A stretch of DNA of 64,000 nt from an uncultured Clostridia bacterium (GTDB taxonomy: Bacteria; Acidobacteriota; Blastocatellia; UBA7656), in the NCBI GenBank assembly GCA_964468725.1, contig CAYXVU010000001.1, positions 778-64,777 of the forward strand. The letters are read 5' to 3'. Shown one piece after another: positions 57,373-64,000 of this stretch. A program made the translations under genes and the position numbers. The first letter of the stretch is position 1, and every line of letters begins with the position of its first letter. The notes under the pieces were generated by a model. It was not told the DNA's origin and searched no databases. It saw nothing but the letters and a program-made list of their open reading frames with translations.

Positions 57373-59388
57373 ATGCCGAATCTGGCAAGTCTAGATGAGG
57401 TATTAAACGAAGCGTTTCAACTCGCCTACCTGATTATTGGCGACCGCGCGACAGCGATTCGCATTACCCTAGCCGCGATGGATAATTTGAAAGTTGCGGC
57501 TGCGGTGCAGGGCAAACGCAATGCCTACTTGCCAGCCGGGCGTTCAGCGGCGCGCGGCGCGCGCACCAAAATCTCTCTCAGCGAGATTCATATTCTGCAA
57601 CGGTTGATCTATATCGAAGCGGAGATCTATGAACGTCTGTTGGAGCAGCAAGCGGAAACCATCAGCCAAGAAGACCTGCTCATTCACTTCATCAAACATC
57701 TGGTCAGAATCACGACCAAGCGCAACTCGTTTTATGTGTCACTCGGATTGAGCCGCTTGCTCTATAATTACCCGACTGCCGAAGCGACAGAGATTTACAA
57801 TCTGGTCGTGCAAGACCCCGACCGCATGCGCGACGATTATTACTATCGTTCGCGCAAACGCAGTTTGATGACCGAGCTAAAGGAGCGGTTCGGCGCGCTG
57901 GTGAAGACTCACCGAAACAATCGTCAGGAAGAACGCTTTCAATCGCAGGCTGACTCTCTGCCATACGCAGGTGTTGTCAAAGCCTGTCTGCTGCGTTTCA
58001 CGCCTTGGTTTACAGAGTGTGTGTTGCCGGAGAATTTCGACCCGACAAAGCAGATCCTCTCGCCGCTGCTCTTTCGCGGCATTGACCCGGATGAAGAGCA
58101 CGCTGTTGAACTCAATCGTCTGCACACCTTGTTGCACCCTGTCTGTTACGAGCGTCTGATTGTCGCACTCGGCTTCGCATCCCCCAATCACTGTTTGGAA
58201 GCTCCCTACTTTTTCATCTCTGGCGGCGAAGGGCGCTCACCCGATGATCGCTTTCATCCGCCACCGCTGACCGAGTCGGAGCGCAATGCCATCAAAAACA
58301 GTCTGGATGGCAAAACTCTTCAACGTCAACGCCTCACCGGCGACGCCCTCTGCGTTCAAGTAGACGGCGTTGAACAGATGCAGTTGCCGCTGCGCCACAA
58401 AAGCCAAATCGCTTTCCCGGTCGAAGAAGGTGCAGAGGTGGTGCAAGTGTGCGCGCTCACTTCAGAAGGCACGGTTCTGCTGGCAACGCACCTGTTGCGT
58501 TACGATGAAGCGGGGTTGTTGCCTGCCAACGCGATCACGCGGGCGGGCGGCGGGCGAGAAGTGAGATTTCGACTGGTGATTTCGGAGCCGTCTGCTGAAG
58601 AACCCGCGAGCCTGCTCCTTTATATCGAGTACCGCGAAAACCGACGGCTATCTGCTTTCGGGCATTCCCTGTGGCAAGGGCTATTTGCCAATCCGGCGAG
58701 CGAGGTCGGGCGTGAGTTGCCAGAAGGCAGGCGATGGCAACCGGCGCTCCTGTTGCTTCTGCTGCTCGTCGCACTGGCAGGCGTATTGATCTATTGGCAA
58801 GCCACGAAAGATCGGCCTCAGCCGCCTGTCCTGTCCGAACAGGACGAGAAAGATTTGCCTTCTCCGTTACCAGCCAATCGCAACGCCGGAACCAATCAGC
58901 CGCTCCCCTCGCCCTCACTTTCGCTGCCCCCATCCGACAGGGCTGCCCCTGATGGCGAGCCGTTAGCTATTAATCCGCAACCGCAGATTCCGTCAGATGG
59001 CCGGACGACGCGATCCGCGCAGTCGAAGCTCACGGCAGCAAAACTGCTCTCGATCACAAAAGTCTATGTTGACCCGTTGGGAGAAGCGACGGCGAGCCAG
59101 TCGGTTCGTCAATCTCTGGTTGAACAATTGCAATCTAGTCCGCGCTTCAGAGTGGTGGAGAACCGCAATGAAGCCGATGCGGTCTTCAAAGGCCGCGCTC
59201 GTCCCATAAGCCGCAACCCGGAACAGGCGAGCGTACAACTCCAACTGGTGAATATCGAAGGGCAAATCTTGTGGCCGCTGACTACCGAAAAATTGCCGCG
59301 CCGCTATCAGGGGGAGCCGCAAACCGTCGCCGCACAGTTGCTCAGAGACTTGCTCGACGACATCCAACGATTGGAACGCCAACGCTAG
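57373..59388 (+). CDS. Single-pass membrane protein with an N-terminal segment weakly resembling ECF sigma-factor region 2 and a Pro-rich linker followed by an extracytoplasmic C-terminal domain
   Basis: The N-terminus reads LDEVLNEAFQLAYLIIGDRATAIRITLAAMDNL (compare E. coli RpoE [33 protein letters not shown]). A transmembrane helix (WQPALLLLLLLVALAGVLIYW) follows, then a PQPP/SPSL-rich linker and a C-terminal domain (LLSITKVYVDPLGE...). The frame is also open from 57346. Confidence 0.55.
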   Translation: MPNLASLDEVLNEAFQLAYLIIGDRATAIRITLAAMDNLKVAAAVQGKRNAYLPAGRSAARGARTKISLSEIHILQRLIYIEAEIYERLLEQQAETISQEDLLIHFIKHLVRITTKRNSFYVSLGLSRLLYNYPTAEATEIYNLVVQDPDRMRDDYYYRSRKRSLMTELKERFGALVKTHRNNRQEERFQSQADSLPYAGVVKACLLRFTPWFTECVLPENFDPTKQILSPLLFRGIDPDEEHAVELNRLHTLLHPVCYERLIVALGFASPNHCLEAPYFFISGGEGRSPDDRFHPPPLTESERNAIKNSLDGKTLQRQRLTGDALCVQVDGVEQMQLPLRHKSQIAFPVEEGAEVVQVCALTSEGTVLLATHLLRYDEAGLLPANAITRAGGGREVRFRLVISEPSAEEPASLLLYIEYRENRRLSAFGHSLWQGLFANPASEVGRELPEGRRWQPALLLLLLLVALAGVLIYWQATKDRPQPPVLSEQDEKDLPSPLPANRNAGTNQPLPSPSLSLPPSDRAAPDGEPLAINPQPQIPSDGRTTRSAQSKLTAAKLLSITKVYVDPLGEATASQSVRQSLVEQLQSSPRFRVVENRNEADAVFKGRARPISRNPEQASVQLQLVNIEGQILWPLTTEKLPRRYQGEPQTVAAQLLRDLLDDIQRLERQR

Positions 59389-59407
59389 CCAACCCGTTGC
59401 CCGACGC

Positions 59408-62400
59408 TTACCGGTACTCTCCTTGCAACCCGAAGGCCGCCCAGAAATAGGGCGCGCGCCAGTTGCGAGATTTCCACATCGCCAGTTGGGCAGCGCGCAG
59501 CGCGGCAGCCGGACGCAAGCGCGGGCGGGCGAGCATCGCCTGATAAAACCTCTGCATCATCTCGGCGGTCGCCTCATCATCTACGTCCCACAAACTGACC
59601 AAGACGCGCGCGGCTCCGGCGTACATAAAGCTGCGGGTGATGCCGACCACGCCTTCGCCTTTGACCTCTTTGCCCAAACCGGTTTTGCAACTGCTTAAAA
59701 CGACCAGATCAGCCGCAAGCTTCAGATTATAGATTTCGTGAGTGACCAAAAAACCGTCCTGTTCTTTAGCCTCTTGGTTGACCAAGGAGAGGACGATGCC
59801 GGATAGGCTGGGATGAGTATTGTTCAAAAGCGTGTGGGTGGCGAAATGGACATAGCGATACTGGCCGAGTTCAGGGTCGGTTGCCGTCGTTTTACTCGCA
59901 TTGAAATCGAGAGCCACCCGCGATTGGGTTGCGGGAACTAACCGGGCGATGGATTCGGCTTCGCGGCGGGTGAAGGGCAAGCGCGGAAAAACAAGTTGCG
60001 TGCTGCTGATCTCCAGATCGCGTGCTGAGCGCGTGAGCGCATTGTCAGGAGTGAATTGGATAAGCACCGAGTCTCGCTTTTCGGGCTTCTCTGTCGCAGG
60101 CGTTGCGCCTTGACGAGGCTGAACGCGTGCATCATCCGAAGCGAAAATCGGGTCGGCAAGGACGATTAACGTCCGCGATGGCGCAGGGCGTGCGGCAATC
60201 TCTTTTCGTAATACCGCCAACGCAGAGGCCGAAGGCAAGTTGACCACTTCATATTTGACGACGAGCGGAACGCCAGCCCGCGATGATCGGGGTGCGCTTT
60301 CGTGCGGCAGAGGCAGAGCGGCAAAGGGGATATACTGCAACGCACCGTCGCTGACGATGAGCAAGCGTTTGCGGTCGGTTTGTTGCAGGGCGGGAGCCAA
60401 GATCAGGCGGCTCAACTCAAGTGACGTGCGCTCGTACTCGGCGTCGGCTTTGGCGATGCGCGTTTGTCGCTCAACAGCGGTTTCAAAATTGACGCGCTGA
60501 TTGCGCGCCGCCAGACTGTCATACACTTGGCGGGCGAGCGGTTCGATGATCGCGCGTTTGGGCAAGTCATAAGCGGTGATCTTGCGATTGGTGACTGCCC
60601 ACAGATAGCTACGCTCTTCGCCTAATGAATACTCTAACAATGTCGTTTCGTCATCGAGTACCTCGGCTTGAATCTGTTCAAGGCCGAGCGGCACGGGCTG
60701 AGTCAGGGCTGCATAACGCGGACTCGAAAGCTTGATCTTCGCCAACGCCTGCTCGTATTCGGCAGCCAACGCTTTAATCTCTTCATCAAGGGCGCGTGCT
60801 TCCTCCGGAGTATGTGCGCGGCTGAGCAGGCGCACCTGCCTGTCGGTTTTACCCGTCAGCCGCTCTCGCAGATGGTGTTCGGTTTCCAACAACTCCGGCA
60901 CGACGCCTTGTCGGATGTCGGCGCGCGATTCGGTCAAACTTTCCAATAAAGTCCGCGCCCGACGGCGTTCACTGATTTGCAGCGCCTCACCGATGCGCGC
61001 CGGTTGACCTTCTTGCTTGGCCAATTGCATGAGCAGGTCAATCGAGAATTCGTAAGCGTCTTGTCGTGCCGCCAAATAGGTGGCGCGCAGTTCCGAAAGA
61101 CCGACCTGTGTGCGATTGGCTTCGATGCTGTCTAATGCCTGCGCGATCCATTCTTGCGCTTTGGGCAATCTCTGCTCGGCGCGTTCGACGGCGGCCAAGC
61201 CGAAGAGCGCCACTGGTTCGAGCGAGCGATTCGCGGTCGTGCGGATCAAGGTCAAGGCTTGCTCGAATGCTGTGCGCGCTTGCGGATAATCGTTCAATCC
61301 CAAGTACGCCCGACCGAGACTGCAAAGGGTTGAGGCTTCGCCATACTGATCGCCTAAACTTTTTCGTAGCGTCAAGGCTTTGCGAAAATGATCGAGCGAC
61401 TTTTCCATATCGGCCAAGCGATGATAGATAGCGCCAAGAATTGAAAGAGTGGCTGCTTCGGTGGAACGCGCACTCGTCTCGACTGTTAATCGAAGCGCTT
61501 CGTGACCATGTTCCAGTGCGCGCTGCAATTCGCCGAGCGAGGCATAGCCCAAGCTGAGGTTTTGTAGACTTATGGCTTGCAGTTGACGCCCTCCGACTTC
61601 GCGTCCGAGTTGCAGGGCGCGTTGTGATACCTCCAATGCTTTGGCAAAATCGCCCAGTTGCAGATAGAGAATCCCGATATTGTTTAAGTCAGTAGCTTCG
61701 CCAAACCGGTCACCGGCAGCGCGGCGCATCTGTAAAGCCCCCAGCGACGTATCAATCGCCTTTTGATACTCGCCCATCCGACTGTAGGCGATGCCAATGT
61801 TGCCGAGCGTGACGACTTCATCGCCGCGGCTCGCCAAGGATCGAAAGATGGTTAGGGCTTGTTGATAATAGGCGATGGCGTCTCGATTCTGACCGAGATT
61901 GAAATAGACGATGCCGATATTGTTTAACGAAGACGCTTCCCCCAACCGATCCGCCATCTCCCTTGTCAACGATAAGGCTTGCTCGAAAGCCGCTAATGCT
62001 TTCGCCGTATCGCCGAGCCGCATGAACGCCAAGCCGATGCCTCTGAGGATGCGGGTCTCTTCGTCTTTCACCCCATGTGCGCGCGCCAAGTCGAGGCCTT
62101 GTTGATAGGCGGCAATCGCTTCTTGGGTCTCGCCTAAACGGAAATAGCTAGTGCCGAGATTGTTGAGCGTGCCGACTTCGCCCTGCGGGTTTTTGACTGC
62201 GCGATGCAAGGCTAAGGCTTGTTTGAAATCTTCTACAGAGCCTTTCACATCGCCGAGTTCGCGGCGCACGAAGGCGATATTATTCACCGTGAAGGCTTCT
62301 CCGAATCGCTCGTCAAGTTTGCGCCAGAGAGCCAGCGCCTCGCGGTATTTCTCAATGGCTTGGCGCTGTGATTCTGCAGTTCGTTGGAAATATAAACGGG

Positions 62401-62899
62401 TGCCTTCCGATAAGAGGTTGTGAGCGGTGACAAAATCTCTATCGCCTTCGGGCGCGGTTTCCCAACTGCCCAATCGCTCCAAACTGACGCGGTAGCGCCC
62501 CGCCTCGGCGCGCGCATCGCTTGGAGAAATCTCTAACCGATAGTCGCCTGCTGATTCGGCTACGGCCCACAGAGATTCACGAAATGGGCTGACTTGCCAA
62601 TTCAGGTTCACGATCACCTTGCCGCCCGGTTCGATCAGTTGCAGCGTGACATCTATTCCAAGTTGCTCGACCGTGACATTGAGATATTGTCCGCTTTGCA
62701 GCCCGATGCGATACGCTTGCGTCTTCCCGCGCGCCAGCGTTCGCTCCACACTCTGTCCGAGTATGAGGTCGGTCAGTTCTGATGCTTGCGGGTTCTGCGC
62801 AGAGGCTCTTGCGCTCGCGGATGAGATTGGCTGCTCTGCATCCGCAAAGGCCGCCAACGCTGAAAGGTGAAAGAGGAGGAGAAACAGTACAAACCCCAT
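59408..62899 (-). CDS. Secreted TPR-repeat protein with C-terminal CHAT (caspase-like) protease domain
   Basis: The product has a signal peptide (MGFVLFLLLFHLSALAAFA) and about 12 TPR units (LGEYQKAI..., LGDFAKAL...). The C-terminus has the CHAT His/Cys dyad context (VHFATHTLL...LVVLSSCKTGLG). Confidence 0.8.
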   Translation of the reverse strand: MGFVLFLLLFHLSALAAFADAEQPISSASARASAQNPQASELTDLILGQSVERTLARGKTQAYRIGLQSGQYLNVTVEQLGIDVTLQLIEPGGKVIVNLNWQVSPFRESLWAVAESAGDYRLEISPSDARAEAGRYRVSLERLGSWETAPEGDRDFVTAHNLLSEGTRLYFQRTAESQRQAIEKYREALALWRKLDERFGEAFTVNNIAFVRRELGDVKGSVEDFKQALALHRAVKNPQGEVGTLNNLGTSYFRLGETQEAIAAYQQGLDLARAHGVKDEETRILRGIGLAFMRLGDTAKALAAFEQALSLTREMADRLGEASSLNNIGIVYFNLGQNRDAIAYYQQALTIFRSLASRGDEVVTLGNIGIAYSRMGEYQKAIDTSLGALQMRRAAGDRFGEATDLNNIGILYLQLGDFAKALEVSQRALQLGREVGGRQLQAISLQNLSLGYASLGELQRALEHGHEALRLTVETSARSTEAATLSILGAIYHRLADMEKSLDHFRKALTLRKSLGDQYGEASTLCSLGRAYLGLNDYPQARTAFEQALTLIRTTANRSLEPVALFGLAAVERAEQRLPKAQEWIAQALDSIEANRTQVGLSELRATYLAARQDAYEFSIDLLMQLAKQEGQPARIGEALQISERRRARTLLESLTESRADIRQGVVPELLETEHHLRERLTGKTDRQVRLLSRAHTPEEARALDEEIKALAAEYEQALAKIKLSSPRYAALTQPVPLGLEQIQAEVLDDETTLLEYSLGEERSYLWAVTNRKITAYDLPKRAIIEPLARQVYDSLAARNQRVNFETAVERQTRIAKADAEYERTSLELSRLILAPALQQTDRKRLLIVSDGALQYIPFAALPLPHESAPRSSRAGVPLVVKYEVVNLPSASALAVLRKEIAARPAPSRTLIVLADPIFASDDARVQPRQGATPATEKPEKRDSVLIQFTPDNALTRSARDLEISSTQLVFPRLPFTRREAESIARLVPATQSRVALDFNASKTTATDPELGQYRYVHFATHTLLNNTHPSLSGIVLSLVNQEAKEQDGFLVTHEIYNLKLAADLVVLSSCKTGLGKEVKGEGVVGITRSFMYAGAARVLVSLWDVDDEATAEMMQRFYQAMLARPRLRPAAALRAAQLAMWKSRNWRAPYFWAAFGLQGEYR

Positions 62900-63230
62900 C
62901 ACTGATGTGCCAACGGCATTGTCACGATGTAGCCACTTTGTAAAGGCGGGGCTGCCCAGACCCGTAGGCTTGCACAGATGAGAATTTGGTTGTGCTTCAA
63001 AATGGCCACCAAACAATAATTTCACCAAGCCATGAAGACAGTTCATAGCGCAGAGAAGATTCGCTAGCAATTGAGCGCTCCTTACCTGAAATGAATGGTT
63101 GTAGAGGATCCCCTTGACGAGCGACATTTTAGTACAAGGGGCAAGGAGAATCTACCTTACAATAGGGTCAGCCGGAGGATGGAGCAGTGGCCGCGTCGCC
63201 AGAAGTCTCCGGCGACGCGCAGAAGACTGG

Positions 63231-64000
63231 TTATTGCAGCAGCAGAACGTCGCCGAACTCTTCGAGGGCGAGAGCACGATACTGCAATTCATCGCCGTCG
63301 AGGAAGACTTCGATGGCCGACGCTTCGCTAAATCGCCCGCTGATTAAGGCCTCCGACAGCGGGTCTTCGATGTACTTCTGCAAAGCGCGGCGCAAGGGGC
63401 GCGCACCGTAGGTTCGGTCGGCGCAGGTCTTTTCGACAATCCAACGCTTCGCGCCTTCGGTCAATTGCACTTGCAACTTGCGCCGAATCAGGGTGCGATT
63501 GAGTTGCGAAATCAGGATGCCGACAATCTCGAACAGATCGCTATCGGTGAGCGGTTCAAAGACGATGATTTCATCGAGGCGATTGATGAATTCGGGGTTG
63601 AAGGTCTGTTTAACAGCTTGCATCACGCCTTCTTCGACGTTCGCCTGTTGGTCACGCGTCGAAGCCTGAAACCCGAGATGCCCGCGCTTTTGAATGAAGC
63701 GCGCGCCGATGTTCGAGGTCATAATCAAAATGACGTTTTTAAAGTCTACGACGCTGCCGTGCGAGTCGGTCAGCAAGCCGTCTTCTAAGACTTGCAAGAG
63801 GATATTGAAGAGGTCGGGGTGCGCCTTTTCGATTTCATCAAGCAGCAGAACCGAGTACGGATTGCGTTTGATCTTCTCGGTCATCTGTCCGCCCTCTTCG
63901 TGGCCGACATAGCCGGGCGGGCTGCCGATGAGTTTCGAAACCGCGTGCTTCTCCATGTACTCCGACATATCGAATCGAATCAAGGCGCGTTCGCTGCCAA
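63231..64000 (-). CDS. Clp/Hsp100 AAA+ ATPase (ClpC/ClpA-like), C-terminal D2 portion; gene runs off the window end
   Basis: The product contains SPPGYVGHEEGGQMTE...VLLLDEIEKAHPDLFNILLQVLEDG..., the conserved D2 sensor region of Clp ATPases. Confidence 0.85.
   Translation of the reverse strand, partial: GSERALIRFDMSEYMEKHAVSKLIGSPPGYVGHEEGGQMTEKIKRNPYSVLLLDEIEKAHPDLFNILLQVLEDGLLTDSHGSVVDFKNVILIMTSNIGARFIQKRGHLGFQASTRDQQANVEEGVMQAVKQTFNPEFINRLDEIIVFEPLTDSDLFEIVGILISQLNRTLIRRKLQVQLTEGAKRWIVEKTCADRTYGARPLRRALQKYIEDPLSEALISGRFSEASAIEVFLDGDELQYRALALEEFGDVLLLQ

Noticed and set aside
1-64000. tRNA genes, rRNA genes, CRISPR arrays, transposases or integrases.
   Set aside because: I found no T-loop (GTTCGAATC-type) context, no regularly spaced direct repeats, and no DDE or tyrosine-recombinase motifs anywhere in the window.

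Overview
This 64-kb window is high-GC (about 60%) bacterial chromosomal DNA. Its gene content looks Acidobacteriota-like, with a PadR plus duplicated-permease operon at the left edge, many exported hydrolases, and TonB-dependent receptors carrying a carboxypeptidase-regulatory-like N-terminal domain. Most genes are on the minus strand. The housekeeping core includes the gcvT-gcvH-gcvPA-gcvPB glycine cleavage operon, lpxD-fabZ-lpxA-lpxI facing bamA-skp-skp, uvrD/pcrA and a partial clpC-like gene. Accessory content includes a lower-GC alpha-class DNA methyltransferase with no visible restriction partner, a 1767-aa HYR/cadherin-like surface protein, a cysteine-rich exported protein preceded by a polypurine tract, an NtrC-type sigma-54 activator with no adjacent kinase, and a 0.9-1.3-kb lower-GC stretch with no convincing gene. 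At the right edge a membrane protein, whose N-terminus weakly resembles ECF sigma region 2, lies convergent to a secreted TPR-CHAT protease. I found no tRNA, rRNA, CRISPR array, transposase or integrase. None of the candidates matches a described defence system from sequence alone; the sigma-like/TPR-CHAT pair, the 21.1-22.6 kb Cys-rich island and the 28.5-29.8 kb non-coding stretch are the places most worth follow-up.
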